A stretch of 64,000 nucleotides of DNA from Escherichia coli. GTDB taxonomy: Bacteria; Pseudomonadota; Gammaproteobacteria; Enterobacterales; Enterobacteriaceae. Positions 19,775 to 30,835 of this stretch are shown here, in pieces. The DNA lies in assembly GCF_022846255.1 (NCBI RefSeq), contig NZ_AP025682.1; one strand, written 5' to 3'. The position numbers and the translations under genes were made by a program. The number at the start of each line of letters is the position of its first letter. The first letter of the stretch is position 1. The notes below the pieces were generated by a model. The model made no database searches. It was not told where the DNA came from and worked only from the letters and a program-made list of their open reading frames with translations.

Positions 19775-20554
19775 ATGCAAACCATCACCATCGCCCCACC
19801 CAAGCGCAGCTGGTTCTCGCTTCTGAGCTGGGCCGTTGTTATCGCCGTGCTGGTCGTCTCGTGGCAGGGCGCGGAAATGGCCCCGCTTACGCTGATTAAA
19901 GATGGCGGCAACATGGCGACGTTCGCCGCCGACTTCTTCCCGCCCGATTTCAGCCAGTGGCAGGATTACCTCACCGAAATGGCCGTCACGCTGCAAATCG
20001 CCGTCTGGGGCACCGCGCTGGCGGTGGTTCTCTCCATCCCCTTCGGCCTGATGAGCGCTGAAAACCTGGTACCGTGGTGGGTCTACCAACCTGTACGCCG
20101 CCTGATGGACGCCTGCCGCGCCATTAACGAAATGGTCTTCGCCATGCTGTTCGTGGTCGCCGTCGGCCTCGGCCCGTTCGCTGGCGTGCTGGCGCTGTTT
20201 ATCCACACCACCGGCGTACTTTCCAAACTGCTTTCCGAAGCGGTAGAAGCGATTGAACCCGGCCCGGTGGAGGGCATTCGCGCCACTGGTGCCAACAAGC
20301 TGGAAGAGATCCTCTACGGCGTACTACCGCAGGTCATGCCGCTGCTGATTTCCTACTCTCTCTATCGCTTCGAATCCAACGTCCGCTCGGCGACCGTCGT
20401 CGGTATGGTTGGCGCGGGCGGAATTGGCGTCACGCTGTGGGAAGCGATTCGCGGTTTCCAGTTCCAGCAAACCTGCGCCCTGATGGTGCTCATCATCGTC
20501 ACGGTCAGCCTGCTGGATTTCCTCTCTCAACGGTTGCGTAAGCACTTTATCTGA
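19775..20554 (+). CDS. phnE: phosphonate ABC transporter permease (intact reading frame)
   Basis: ORF track 19712..20554 starts inside the REP; ATG 19775 with SD GGAG gives 259 aa (MQTITIAPP...); no frameshift. Confidence 0.85.
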   Translation: MQTITIAPPKRSWFSLLSWAVVIAVLVVSWQGAEMAPLTLIKDGGNMATFAADFFPPDFSQWQDYLTEMAVTLQIAVWGTALAVVLSIPFGLMSAENLVPWWVYQPVRRLMDACRAINEMVFAMLFVVAVGLGPFAGVLALFIHTTGVLSKLLSEAVEAIEPGPVEGIRATGANKLEEILYGVLPQVMPLLISYSLYRFESNVRSATVVGMVGAGGIGVTLWEAIRGFQFQQTCALMVLIIVTVSLLDFLSQRLRKHFI

Positions 20555-20574
20555 TAAGCGAGGCATTGATATCT

Positions 20575-21300
20575 ATGCACTTGTCTACACATCCGACCAG
20601 CTACCCAACACGCTATCAGGAGATAGCCGCAAAACTTGAGCAGGAGCTTCGTCAACACTACCGCTGCGGCGACTATCTTCCCGCCGAGCAGCAACTGGCG
20701 GCGCGCTTTGAGGTGAACCGCCACACCCTGCGCCGCGCCATCGACCAACTGGTGGAAAAAGGCTGGGTACAGCGCCGTCAGGGCGTCGGCGTACTGGTGC
20801 TGATGCGCCCGTTCGATTACCCGCTCAATGCCCAGGCGCGTTTTAGCCAGAACCTGCTGGACCAGGGCAGCCATCCCACCAGCGAAAAATTGCTATCGGT
20901 GCTGCGCCCCGCCTCCGGTCACGTCGCTGACGCGCTGGGGATAACCGAGGGGGAGAACGTTATCCACCTGCGCACCCTGCGTCGGGTCAACGGCGTCGCG
21001 CTCTGTTTAATCGACCACTACTTTGCGGACCTCACCCTCTGGCCGACGCTTCAATGCTTTGACAGCGGTTCGCTACACGATTTTCTGCGCGAGCAAACGG
21101 GGATTACGCTACGACGCAGTCAGACGCGGATCAGCGCCCGCCGCGCCCAGGCCAAAGAGTGCCAGCGTCTTGAAATTCCGAATATGTCGCCGCTGCTGTG
21201 CGTGCGCACCCTTAACCACCGTGACGGTGAAAGCAGCCCGGCGGAATACTCCGTCAGCCTGACACGCGCCGACATGATTGAATTCACTATGGAGCACTGA
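20575..21300 (+). CDS. phnF: GntR-family repressor of the phn operon
   Basis: ORF track begins at TTG 20566; ATG 20575 gives 241 aa; GntR HTH plus UTRA domain. Confidence 0.85.
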   Translation: MHLSTHPTSYPTRYQEIAAKLEQELRQHYRCGDYLPAEQQLAARFEVNRHTLRRAIDQLVEKGWVQRRQGVGVLVLMRPFDYPLNAQARFSQNLLDQGSHPTSEKLLSVLRPASGHVADALGITEGENVIHLRTLRRVNGVALCLIDHYFADLTLWPTLQCFDSGSLHDFLREQTGITLRRSQTRISARRAQAKECQRLEIPNMSPLLCVRTLNHRDGESSPAEYSVSLTRADMIEFTMEH

Positions 21301-21753
21301 ATGCACGCAGATACCGCGACCCGCCAGCACTGGATGTCCGTGCTGGCGCACAGCCAACCGGCTGAACTGGCAGCCCGCCTGAACGCGCTGAACATCACCG
21401 CCGACTATGAAGTAATCCGCGCCGCTGAAACCGGCCTGGTGCAGATTCAGGCGCGGATGGGTGGCACCGGCGAACGCTTTTTTGCTGGCGACGCCACGCT
21501 CACCCGCGCCGCCGTACGCCTGACTGACGGCACGCTCGGCTACAGCTGGGTGCTGGGGCGCGACAAACAGCACGCCGAACGCTGCGCGCTGATCGACGCG
21601 CTGATGCAGCAAACCCGCCATTTTCAAAACTTATCAGAAACTCTTATTGCCCCGCTGAACGCTGACCGTATGGCACGCATTGCCGCACGCCAGGCCGAAG
21701 TAAACGCCAGCCGGGTCGACTTCTTTACGATGGTTCGCGGAGATAACGCATGA
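21301..21753 (+). CDS. phnG: C-P lyase complex subunit
   Basis: ORF track 150 aa; operon position. Confidence 0.85.
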   Translation: MHADTATRQHWMSVLAHSQPAELAARLNALNITADYEVIRAAETGLVQIQARMGGTGERFFAGDATLTRAAVRLTDGTLGYSWVLGRDKQHAERCALIDALMQQTRHFQNLSETLIAPLNADRMARIAARQAEVNASRVDFFTMVRGDNA

Positions 21754-22334
21754 CCCTGGAAACCGCTTTTATGCTTCCCGTGCAGGATGCCCAGCACAGT
21801 TTTCGTCGCCTGTTAAAGGCCATGAGCGAGCCGGGCGTGATTGTCGCCCTGCATCAGCTCAAACGCGGCTGGCAGCCGCTGAATATCGCCACCACCAGCG
21901 TGCTGCTGACGCTGGCCGATAACGACACGCCGGTGTGGCTTTCTGCGCCATTAAGTAACGATATCGTCAGCCAGAGCCTGCGTTTTCATACCAACGCGCC
22001 GCTGGTCAATCAGCCGGAACTGGCGACCTTCGCGGTAACGGATGAGGCGATTTCCAGCGAACAGCTTAACGCCCTTTCCAGCGGCACCGCTGTTGCGCCA
22101 GAAGCGGGCGCGACGCTGATTTTACAGGTCGTCAGCCTGAGCGGCGGGCGCATGCTGCGCCTTACTGGCGCGGGTATTGCCGAAGAACGAATGATCGCCC
22201 CGCAGCTGCCGGAGTGCATTCTGCACGAACTTACCGAGCGCCCGCACCCGTTCCCGCTCGGCATCGACCTGATCCTGACCTGCGGCGAGCGCCTGCTGGC
22301 TATCCCGCGAACCACTCATGTGGAGGTGTGCTGA
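21750..22334 (+). CDS. phnH: C-P lyase complex subunit
   Basis: ORF track 194 aa; 4-nt overlap with phnG. Confidence 0.85.
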   Translation: MTLETAFMLPVQDAQHSFRRLLKAMSEPGVIVALHQLKRGWQPLNIATTSVLLTLADNDTPVWLSAPLSNDIVSQSLRFHTNAPLVNQPELATFAVTDEAISSEQLNALSSGTAVAPEAGATLILQVVSLSGGRMLRLTGAGIAEERMIAPQLPECILHELTERPHPFPLGIDLILTCGERLLAIPRTTHVEVC

Positions 22335-23398
22335 TGTACGTTGCCGTGAAAGGGGGCGAGAAGGCGATCGACGCCGCCCACGCCCTGCAAGAGAGCCGAC
22401 GCCGGGGCAATACCGATTTGCCTGAACTGAGCGTCGCCCAGATTGAACAGCAGCTTAATCTTGCAGTAGATCGCGTGATGACCGAAGGCGGCATTGCCGA
22501 CCGCGAACTGGCGGCGCTGGCGCTGAAACAGGCCAGCGGCGATAACGTCGAAGCGATTTTCCTGCTACGCGCCTACCGCACCACGCTGGCGAAGCTTGCG
22601 GTGAGCGAGCCGCTCGACACCACGGAGATGCGTCTCGAACGGCGTATTTCAGCGGTTTATAAAGATATTCCCGGCGGCCAGCTGCTTGGCCCAACCTACG
22701 ACTACACCCATCGCCTGCTCAATTTCACCCTGCTGGCAAACGGCGAAGCGCCGACGCTGACCACCGCCGACAGCGAACAACAGCCGTCGCCGCACGTTTT
22801 CAGCCTGCTGGCGCGTCAGGGGCTGGCGAAGTTTGAAGAAGATAGCGGCGCACAGCCGGACGACATCACCCGCACGCCGCCGGTTTACCCCTGCTCACGC
22901 TCCTCCCGCCTGCAACAATTAATGCGCGGCGACGAAGGCTATTTGCTGGCGCTGGCCTACTCCACCCAGCGTGGTTACGGACGCAATCATCCGTTCGCAG
23001 GCGAAATCCGCAGCGGCTATATCGACGTGTCGATTGTGCCGGAAGAGCTGGGATTTGCGGTGAACGTCGGCGAACTGCTGATGACCGAATGTGAAATGGT
23101 CAACGGTTTTATCGACCCGCCGGATGAGCCGCCGCACTTCACGCGCGGCTACGGGCTGGTGTTCGGCATGAGCGAGCGCAAAGCGATGGCGATGGCGCTG
23201 GTTGACCGCGCTCTACAAGCCCCGGAGTACGGCGAGCACGCGACAGGCCCGGCGCAGGATGAAGAGTTCGTGCTGGCGCATGCCGACAACGTCGAAGCCG
23301 CAGGCTTTGTCTCGCACCTTAAACTCCCGCACTACGTCGATTTCCAGGCCGAACTGGAGCTACTCAAACGTCTGCAACAGGAGCAGAACCATGGCTAA
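22334..23398 (+). CDS. phnI: C-P lyase complex subunit (nucleosidase-like)
   Basis: ORF track 22214..23398 trimmed to ATG 22334 (354 aa, [13 protein letters not shown]...), which overlaps the phnH stop. Confidence 0.85.
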   Translation: MYVAVKGGEKAIDAAHALQESRRRGNTDLPELSVAQIEQQLNLAVDRVMTEGGIADRELAALALKQASGDNVEAIFLLRAYRTTLAKLAVSEPLDTTEMRLERRISAVYKDIPGGQLLGPTYDYTHRLLNFTLLANGEAPTLTTADSEQQPSPHVFSLLARQGLAKFEEDSGAQPDDITRTPPVYPCSRSSRLQQLMRGDEGYLLALAYSTQRGYGRNHPFAGEIRSGYIDVSIVPEELGFAVNVGELLMTECEMVNGFIDPPDEPPHFTRGYGLVFGMSERKAMAMALVDRALQAPEYGEHATGPAQDEEFVLAHADNVEAAGFVSHLKLPHYVDFQAELELLKRLQQEQNHG

Positions 23399-24236
23399 TC
23401 TGAGCGGCTACAACTTTGCCTACCTCGACGAGCAGACCAAACGCATGATCCGCCGCGCCATCTTAAAAGCGGTGGCGATCCCCGGTTATCAGGTGCCGTT
23501 TGGCGGGCGCGAGATGCCGATGCCGTACGGCTGGGGAACTGGTGGTATCCAGCTTACCGCCAGCGTGATTGGCGAAAGCGATGTGCTGAAGGTGATTGAC
23601 CAGGGCGCGGACGACACCACCAACGCGGTGTCGATCCGTAACTTCTTTAAGCGCGTGACCGGGGTAAACACTACCGAACGCACGGACGATGCGACGCTTA
23701 TCCAGACGCGCCATCGCATCCCCGAAACGCCGCTCACCGAAGATCAGATCATTATTTTCCAGGTGCCGATCCCCGAACCGCTGCGCTTTATCGAGCCGCG
23801 CGAAACGGAAACCCGCACCATGCACGCGCTGGAGGAGTACGGCGTGATGCAGGTGAAACTGTATGAAGATATCGCCCGCTTCGGTCATATCGCCACCACC
23901 TATGCCTATCCGGTGAAGGTGAACGGGCGCTACGTGATGGACCCGTCGCCGATCCCGAAATTCGATAACCCGAAAATGGACATGATGCCCGCCCTGCAGC
24001 TGTTCGGCGCAGGGCGCGAGAAGCGCATCTATGCGGTGCCGCCGTTTACCCGCGTGGAAAGTCTCGATTTCGACGATCACCCGTTCACCGTTCAGCAGTG
24101 GGATGAGCCATGCGCCATCTGCGGATCGACCCACAGCTATCTCGACGAAGTGGTGCTGGATGACGCCGGAAACCGCATGTTTGTCTGCTCCGATACCGAT
24201 TATTGCCGCCAACAGAGCGAGGCAAAAAACCAATGA
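23391..24236 (+). CDS. phnJ: C-P lyase catalytic subunit (radical SAM-related, Cys-rich C-terminus)
   Basis: ORF track 23202..24236 trimmed to ATG 23391 (281 aa, MANLSGYNFAYLDEQTKR...); CxxCxxxxxC cluster. Confidence 0.85.
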   Translation: MANLSGYNFAYLDEQTKRMIRRAILKAVAIPGYQVPFGGREMPMPYGWGTGGIQLTASVIGESDVLKVIDQGADDTTNAVSIRNFFKRVTGVNTTERTDDATLIQTRHRIPETPLTEDQIIIFQVPIPEPLRFIEPRETETRTMHALEEYGVMQVKLYEDIARFGHIATTYAYPVKVNGRYVMDPSPIPKFDNPKMDMMPALQLFGAGREKRIYAVPPFTRVESLDFDDHPFTVQQWDEPCAICGSTHSYLDEVVLDDAGNRMFVCSDTDYCRQQSEAKNQ

Positions 24237-24991
24237 ATCAACCGTTACTTTCGGTCAATAACCTGACCCACCTTTACGCGCCGGGCAAAGGCTTTAGCGA
24301 TGTCTCTTTTGATTTATGGCCGGGGGAAGTGCTGGGCATCGTCGGGGAATCCGGCTCCGGGAAGACCACGCTGCTGAAGTCGATCTCCGCGCGCCTGACG
24401 CCGCAGCAGGGGGAAATTCGCTATGAAAACCGTTCCCTCTATGGCATGAGCGAGGCCGACCGCCGTCGCCTGCTGCGCACCGAATGGGGCGTGGTGCATC
24501 AGCATCCACTCGACGGCCTGCGCCGCCAGGTGTCGGCAGGCGGCAATATCGGCGAGCGGCTGATGGCGACCGGGGCGCGTCATTACGGCGATATTCGTGC
24601 CACCGCGCAGAAGTGGCTGGAAGAGGTGGAAATTCCCGCCAACCGGATCGACGACCTGCCGACCACCTTTTCCGGCGGTATGCAGCAGCGTTTGCAGATT
24701 GCCCGCAACCTGGTGACGCATCCGAAGCTGGTATTTATGGACGAGCCAACCGGCGGGCTGGATGTATCTGTGCAGGCGCGCCTGCTCGACCTGCTGCGCG
24801 GCCTGGTGGTGGAGCTGAACCTGGCGGTGGTGATTGTCACCCACGATTTAGGCGTCGCCCGCCTGCTGGCGGACCGTTTGCTGGTGATGAAGCAGGGGCA
24901 AGTAGTGGAGAGTGGGTTAACCGACCGCGTGCTCGACGACCCGCATCACCCGTATACCCAGCTGCTGGTGTCATCTGTTTTGCAGAATTGA
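24233..24991 (+). CDS. phnK: C-P lyase-associated ABC-type ATPase
   Basis: ORF track trimmed to ATG 24233 (252 aa); Walker [10 protein letters not shown]. Confidence 0.85.
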   Translation: MNQPLLSVNNLTHLYAPGKGFSDVSFDLWPGEVLGIVGESGSGKTTLLKSISARLTPQQGEIRYENRSLYGMSEADRRRLLRTEWGVVHQHPLDGLRRQVSAGGNIGERLMATGARHYGDIRATAQKWLEEVEIPANRIDDLPTTFSGGMQQRLQIARNLVTHPKLVFMDEPTGGLDVSVQARLLDLLRGLVVELNLAVVIVTHDLGVARLLADRLLVMKQGQVVESGLTDRVLDDPHHPYTQLLVSSVLQN

Positions 24992-25082
<91 letters not shown>

Positions 25083-25101
25083 CCGAACCACGAGGCGAAA
25101 A

Positions 25102-25782
25102 ATGATTAACGTACAAAACGTCAGTAAAACCTTCATCCTGCATCAGCAAAACGGCGTGCGCCTGCCCGTATTACAACGTGCCTCGCTCACCGTCAACGCA
25201 GGCGAATGCGTGGTGCTTCACGGCCACTCCGGCAGCGGAAAATCAACCCTGCTGCGCTCGCTGTACGCCAACTATCTGCCCGACGAAGGGCAAATCCAGA
25301 TCAAACACGGTGAGGAATGGGTAGACCTGGTCACCGCGCCAGCCCGCAAAGTGGTGGAGATCCGCAAAACCACCATCGGCTGGGTGAGCCAGTTTCTGCG
25401 CGTCATCCCGCGTATTTCGGCACTGGAAGTGGTGATGCAGCCTCTGCTCGATACCGGCGTACCGCGTGAAGCCTGCGCCGCTAAAGCCGCCCGATTACTG
25501 ACGCGCCTGAACGTGCCTGAACGCCTGTGGCACCTGGCACCATCGACCTTCTCCGGCGGCGAACAGCAGCGCGTCAACATCGCCCGTGGCTTTATCGTCG
25601 ACTATCCGATTCTGCTGCTGGATGAACCCACCGCCTCGCTGGACGCTAAAAACAGCGCCGCGGTGGTGGAATTAATTCGCGAAGCCAAAGCCCGTGGCGC
25701 GGCCATCGTCGGTATCTTCCATGACGAAGCCGTACGCAATGACGTCGCCGACCGCCTGCACCCAATGGGAGTCTCTTCATGA
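25102..25782 (+). CDS. phnL: C-P lyase-associated ABC-type ATPase
   Basis: ORF track 24484..25782 is an over-extension through the REP; ATG 25102 gives 226 aa ([11 protein letters not shown]...); Walker [10 protein letters not shown]. Confidence 0.85.
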   Translation: MINVQNVSKTFILHQQNGVRLPVLQRASLTVNAGECVVLHGHSGSGKSTLLRSLYANYLPDEGQIQIKHGEEWVDLVTAPARKVVEIRKTTIGWVSQFLRVIPRISALEVVMQPLLDTGVPREACAAKAARLLTRLNVPERLWHLAPSTFSGGEQQRVNIARGFIVDYPILLLDEPTASLDAKNSAAVVELIREAKARGAAIVGIFHDEAVRNDVADRLHPMGVSS

Positions 25783-26915
25783 TTATCAATAACGTCAAAC
25801 TGGTGCTGGAAAACGAAGTGGTGCACGGTTCACTGGAAGTACAGGATGGCAAAATTCGCGCCTTTGCCGAAAGCCAGAGCCGCCAGCCGGAAGCGATGGA
25901 CGGCGAAGGTGGCTGGCTGCTGCCGGGGCTGATTGAGCTGCATACCGATAATCTGGATAAATTCTTCACCCCGCGTCCAAAAGTGGACTGGCCCGCCCAC
26001 TCGGCAATGAGTAGCCACGACGCGCTGATGGTGGCGAGCGGCATCACCACCGTGCTGGACGCGGTGGCGATTGGCGACGTGCGCGACGGCGGCGATCGGC
26101 TGGAGAATCTGGAGAAGATGATCAACGCCATCGAAGAGACGCAGAAACGCGGCGTCAACCGCGCCGAGCACCGCCTGCACCTGCGCTGCGAACTGCCGCA
26201 CCACACCACGTTGCCGCTGTTTGAAAAACTGGTGCAGCGCGAACCGGTGACGCTGGTATCGCTGATGGACCACTCGCCAGGCCAGCGCCAGTTCGCCAAT
26301 CGCGAGAAGTATCGCGAATATTATCAGGGCAAATATTCCCTCACCGATGCGCAGATGCAGCAGTACGAAGAGGAACAGCTGGCGCTTGCCGCACGCTGGT
26401 CACAGCCTAATCGCGAAACTATCGCCGCAATGTGCCGCGCGCGACACATTGCCCTCGCCAGCCACGATGACGCCACGCACGCCCACGTTGCCGAATCCCA
26501 CCAGCTTGGCAGCGTGATCGCCGAATTTCCCACCACGTTCGAAGCGGCAGAAGCCTCGCGCAAGCATGGCATGAACGTGCTGATGGGCGCGCCGAATATC
26601 GTGCGCGGCGGTTCGCACTCCGGCAACGTGGCGGCCAGTGAACTGGCGCAGCTTGGCCTGCTGGATATCCTCTCTTCCGATTACTACCCCGCCAGCCTGC
26701 TCGATGCGGCATTTCGCGTCGCCGATGACGAGATCAACCGCTTTACGCTGCCGCAGGCGGTGAAGCTGGTGACTAAAAATCCGGCGCAGGCGCTTAATCT
26801 TCAGGATCGCGGGGTGATTGGCGAGGGCAAACGCGCCGACCTGGTGCTGGCGCATCGCAAGGGCAACCACATTCATATCGACCACGTCTGGCGTCAGGGT
26901 AAAAGGGTGTTCTGA
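25779..26915 (+). CDS. phnM: amidohydrolase-family ribose-triphosphate phosphonate diphosphohydrolase
   Basis: ORF track 378 aa. Confidence 0.85.
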   Translation: MIINNVKLVLENEVVHGSLEVQDGKIRAFAESQSRQPEAMDGEGGWLLPGLIELHTDNLDKFFTPRPKVDWPAHSAMSSHDALMVASGITTVLDAVAIGDVRDGGDRLENLEKMINAIEETQKRGVNRAEHRLHLRCELPHHTTLPLFEKLVQREPVTLVSLMDHSPGQRQFANREKYREYYQGKYSLTDAQMQQYEEEQLALAARWSQPNRETIAAMCRARHIALASHDDATHAHVAESHQLGSVIAEFPTTFEAAEASRKHGMNVLMGAPNIVRGGSHSGNVAASELAQLGLLDILSSDYYPASLLDAAFRVADDEINRFTLPQAVKLVTKNPAQALNLQDRGVIGEGKRADLVLAHRKGNHIHIDHVWRQGKRVF

Positions 26916-27472
26916 TGACGGGAAAACTGATTTGGTTAATGGGGGCCTCTGGCTCCGGAAAAGACAGTCTGTTGACGGAACTCCGCCAGCGGGAACAAAC
27001 TCAGCTACTGGTAGCGCATCGCTACATCACGCGTGATGCCAGCGCCGGAAGTGAAAATCATATCGCCTTAAGCGAGCGGGAGTTTTTTACCCGCGCGGGG
27101 CAAAATCTGTTGGCCCTGAGCTGGCATGCTAATGGTTTGTATTACGGTGTCGGCATTGAGATCGACCTCTGGCTGCACGCCGGATTCGACGTCGTGGTTA
27201 ACGGCTCACGCGCCCACCTGCCGCAGGCGCGGGCGCGTTATCAATCGGCGCTGCTGCCCATCTGTTTACAGGTTTCGCCGGAGATCCTGCGCCAGCGCCT
27301 GGAAAACCGTGGCCGCGAAAACGCCAGTGAAATTAATGCCCGGCTGGCGCGCGCCGCCCGCTATACTCCTCAGGATTGCCATACACTCAATAATGACGGC
27401 AGCCTGCGCCAGTCGGTCGACACGCTGCTGACGCTGATTCATCAGAAGGAGAAACACCATGCCTGCTTGTGA
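26915..27472 (+). CDS. phnN: ribose 1,5-bisphosphate phosphokinase
   Basis: ORF track 185 aa; P-loop GASGSGKDS; 1-nt overlap with phnM. Confidence 0.85.
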   Translation: MTGKLIWLMGASGSGKDSLLTELRQREQTQLLVAHRYITRDASAGSENHIALSEREFFTRAGQNLLALSWHANGLYYGVGIEIDLWLHAGFDVVVNGSRAHLPQARARYQSALLPICLQVSPEILRQRLENRGRENASEINARLARAARYTPQDCHTLNNDGSLRQSVDTLLTLIHQKEKHHACL

Positions 27473-27893
27473 ACTTCGCCCGGCAACGCAGTACGACACC
27501 GACGCGGTTTACGCGCTGATTTGTGAGCTAAAACAAGCGGAGTTTGACCACCAGGCGTTTCGCGTGGGCTTTAACGCCAACCTGCGCGACCCGAACATGC
27601 GCTACCATCTGGCGCTGTTGGATGGCGAGGTTGTCGGCATGATCGGCCTGCATTTGCAGTTTCATCTGCATCATGTCAACTGGATCGGCGAAATTCAGGA
27701 ACTGGTGGTGATGCCGCAGGCGCGCGGTCTGAACGTCGGCAGTAAATTACTGGCATGGGCAGAAGAAGAAGCCCGCCAGGCTGGGGCCGAAATGATCGAG
27801 CTTTCCACCAACGTGAAGCGCCACGACGCGCACCGTTTTTACCTGCGTGAAGGCTACGAGCAGAGCCACTTCCGCTTCACCAAGGAGCTGTAA
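27459..27893 (+). CDS. phnO: GNAT aminoalkylphosphonate N-acetyltransferase
   Basis: ORF track 144 aa. Confidence 0.85.
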   Translation: MPACELRPATQYDTDAVYALICELKQAEFDHQAFRVGFNANLRDPNMRYHLALLDGEVVGMIGLHLQFHLHHVNWIGEIQELVVMPQARGLNVGSKLLAWAEEEARQAGAEMIELSTNVKRHDAHRFYLREGYEQSHFRFTKEL

Positions 27894-27894
27894 T

Positions 27895-28653
27895 ATGAGC
27901 CTGACCCTCACGCTCACCGGCACCGGCTGCGCACAGGGCGTTCCGGCATGGGGCTGCGAGTGCGTAGCCTGCGCCAGAGCGCGGCGCTCACCGCAGTATC
28001 GCCGCCAGCCGTGCAGCGGCGTAGTGAAGTTTAACGAGGCGATCACCCTGATCGACGCCGGGCTGCACGATCTCGCCGATCGCTGGTCGCCCGGATCGTT
28101 CCAGCAGTTTTTACTGACGCACTACCATATGGATCACGTCCAGGGGCTGTTTCCGCTGCGCTGGGGCGTGGGCAATCAGATCCCGGTCTACGGTCCACCG
28201 GATGAGCAGGGCTGCGACGATCTGTTTAAACATCCGGGCCTGCTTGATTTCAGCCACACGGTGGAGCCGTTTGTGGTGTTTGATTTGCAGGGGTTGCAGG
28301 TCACGCCGCTGCCGCTTAACCATTCGAAACTCACTTTCGGCTATTTACTGGAAACGGCGCACAGCCGGGTGGCGTGGCTATCTGACACCGCAGGCCTGCC
28401 GGAAAAAACGCTGAAATTTTTACGCAATAATCAGCCGCAGGTAATGGTGATTGATTGCAGCCACCCGCCGCGCGAGGATGCACCGCGTAATCACTGTGAT
28501 TTAAATACCGTGCTGGCGCTGAATGAGGTTATCCGCTCGCCGCGCGTGATTCTGACCCATATCAGCCACCGGTTTGATGCGTGGCTGATGGAAAACGCGC
28601 TACCATCGGGGTTTGAGGCGGGGTTTGATGGGATGGAGATTGAGGTGGCGTGA
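27895..28653 (+). CDS. phnP: metallo-beta-lactamase-fold phosphodiesterase
   Basis: ORF track 27847..28653 trimmed to ATG 27895 (252 aa, [11 protein letters not shown]...); HYHMDH motif. Confidence 0.85.
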   Translation: MSLTLTLTGTGCAQGVPAWGCECVACARARRSPQYRRQPCSGVVKFNEAITLIDAGLHDLADRWSPGSFQQFLLTHYHMDHVQGLFPLRWGVGNQIPVYGPPDEQGCDDLFKHPGLLDFSHTVEPFVVFDLQGLQVTPLPLNHSKLTFGYLLETAHSRVAWLSDTAGLPEKTLKFLRNNQPQVMVIDCSHPPREDAPRNHCDLNTVLALNEVIRSPRVILTHISHRFDAWLMENALPSGFEAGFDGMEIEVA

Positions 28654-28680
28654 GGGAAAATACCCGCGCCGGCCCCTATA

Positions 28681-29010
28681 TCAACGCCCATACTCATCTT
28701 CCATTCTCCGCTCTTCATCTTCCAGTTGCCGACGCTCCTGATCAAGCTGGCGCTGGCGATCGTCCAGCTGCCTGCGGCGATCTTCAAACTGGCGGCGGCG
28801 GTCATCATATTGTCTGCGCCGATCGTCGCTCACTTCACGCTGCCAGCCGTCGTCGCGCGAATCTTCATAGTCTCGCCCACGGTCAGGGTTATAAGCGTCG
28901 TTAATCGCCTGCTGAATATTGCCAATGGTGTCGTCGATAATATCGGCCTGGGCCGGAACGGTGGACAGCGTGAGCAGGGTGAATAAAAGAAATAGCGGAA
29001 AGCGTTTCAT
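28681..29010 (-). CDS. yjdP: secreted protein YjdP with charged heptad-like repeats
   Basis: ORF track 109 aa; signal peptide then reiterated RRRQxDD-type units. Confidence 0.8.
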   Translation of the reverse strand: MKRFPLFLLFTLLTLSTVPAQADIIDDTIGNIQQAINDAYNPDRGRDYEDSRDDGWQREVSDDRRRQYDDRRRQFEDRRRQLDDRQRQLDQERRQLEDEERRMEDEYGR

Positions 29011-29078
29011 TAGCCAACCTCAAAAAGAAACTCTATCCACATTAGTCATTACTCATCCATGCAAGTAGTGGATGAATC

Positions 29079-29528
29079 TCAATTTCTCCGCTGCTCTATT
29101 GCCGTAATCGCCTCCACGCGTTGTTGATGACGACCGCCTTCGTACTGTGCGCCCAGCCACGCATCGACAATCATTTTTGCCAGTTCGAGGCCAACCACTC
29201 GTGAACCAAAAGCCAGCACGTTGGTATCGTTATGCTGCCGCGAAAGTTGCGCGGAATAAGGTTCGCTACAAACGACCGCGCGAATTCCGGCAAACTTGTT
29301 CGCCGCTATCGAAATACCGACGCCAGTGCCACAAATCAAAATCCCGCCATCAGCCTCTCCGCCAGCAACGGCCAGTGCGACTTGACTGGCGTAATGCGGA
29401 TAATCAGTACGCTCTGACGACCAGGTTCCTTTATCAATCACTTCAACGCCACGCTCAACTAAATGTGCCACTATTTCATGTTTTAAAATGAAACCGACAT
29501 GATCACAGCCAAATGCAATCTTTTTCAT
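29079..29528 (-). CDS. rpiB: ribose-5-phosphate isomerase B / allose-6-phosphate isomerase
   Basis: ORF track 149 aa; RpiB/LacAB family. Confidence 0.9.
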   Translation of the reverse strand: MKKIAFGCDHVGFILKHEIVAHLVERGVEVIDKGTWSSERTDYPHYASQVALAVAGGEADGGILICGTGVGISIAANKFAGIRAVVCSEPYSAQLSRQHNDTNVLAFGSRVVGLELAKMIVDAWLGAQYEGGRHQQRVEAITAIEQRRN

Positions 29529-29886
29529 TCATCTTCCCCGCCCGTGCAAAACTTCACAATCAAAAAACATTTGTGATGTAAATGAATTAAAAACATCCAA
29601 AATCGATGAAATCCGCCTTCCCGATCTGTTTTACAGAGTTACATCTGGCAGCGCAATAGCGTTAAAGACACTCACTATCCAGCAACATCTATCATCTAAT
29701 AAACCAGGAAGACAAATAACATCATGTTTTTAAAGTGATTAAATGAAATAAAATTTTAAGCTACTCTCCATTATTCACAACAAAACAAACTTTATAAATT
29801 TTATTTTTTTGTGAAGTTACCAGCATCTTTTCTGTTCTTGCTGTGGTGATATAGTGGCGTCTTCAATTCAAGGACAAGAGAACGTG

Positions 29887-30777
29887 ATGAGCCAGTCAGA
29901 GTTTGATTCAGCGCTTCCGAACGGTATCGGGTTAGCGCCTTACCTGCGAATGAAGCAGGAAGGAATGACAGAAAACGAAAGCCGCATCGTGGAGTGGTTA
30001 CTCAAACCCGGTAACCTGAGTTGTGCACCCGCAATTAAAGATGTCGCAGAAGCTCTGGCGGTATCTGAAGCGATGATCGTTAAGGTATCAAAGCTGCTGG
30101 GGTTTAGCGGCTTTCGTAACTTACGCAGTGCGCTGGAAGATTATTTTTCTCAGTCAGAACAAGTATTGCCTTCCGAGTTGGCTTTTGATGAAGCGCCGCA
30201 GGATGTGGTGAATAAGGTATTTAACATCACTTTACGCACCATTATGGAAGGTCAGTCGATCGTCAACGTTGATGAGATCCACCGTGCCGCCCGCTTTTTC
30301 TATCAGGCCAGACAGCGGGATTTGTACGGTGCCGGAGGATCAAATGCTATCTGTGCTGATGTACAGCACAAGTTTTTGCGCATTGGCGTACGCTGCCAGG
30401 CCTATCCGGACGCTCACATCATGATGATGTCTGCTTCGTTGTTACAGGAAGGAGATGTGGTGCTGGTGGTGACTCATTCCGGGCGGACCAGTGATGTAAA
30501 AGCGGCTGTAGAACTGGCAAAAAAGAACGGGGCAAAGATTATTTGTATAACGCATAGCTATCATTCACCAATAGCGAAGCTGGCCGATTATATTATTTGC
30601 TCACCGGCCCCGGAAACACCGTTATTAGGTCGTAATGCCTCGGCAAGAATATTACAACTGACTTTGCTGGACGCGTTTTTTGTCTCTGTCGCCCAGCTCA
30701 ACATTGAACAAGCTAATATTAATATGCAAAAAACCGGCGCAATTGTTGATTTCTTCTCACCAGGCGCGCTGAAATAA
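29887..30777 (+). CDS. rpiR: RpiR/AlsR family repressor (HTH plus SIS domain)
   Basis: ORF track 29854..30777 trimmed to ATG 29887 (296 aa, MSQSEFDSALPNG...). Confidence 0.85.
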   Translation: MSQSEFDSALPNGIGLAPYLRMKQEGMTENESRIVEWLLKPGNLSCAPAIKDVAEALAVSEAMIVKVSKLLGFSGFRNLRSALEDYFSQSEQVLPSELAFDEAPQDVVNKVFNITLRTIMEGQSIVNVDEIHRAARFFYQARQRDLYGAGGSNAICADVQHKFLRIGVRCQAYPDAHIMMMSASLLQEGDVVLVVTHSGRTSDVKAAVELAKKNGAKIICITHSYHSPIAKLADYIICSPAPETPLLGRNASARILQLTLLDAFFVSVAQLNIEQANINMQKTGAIVDFFSPGALK

Positions 30778-30835
30778 GAAAAAGGTAATTCCGCCATCGC
30801 GGAGTTACCTCTCCCCTTACCGTGAGAACATGATT

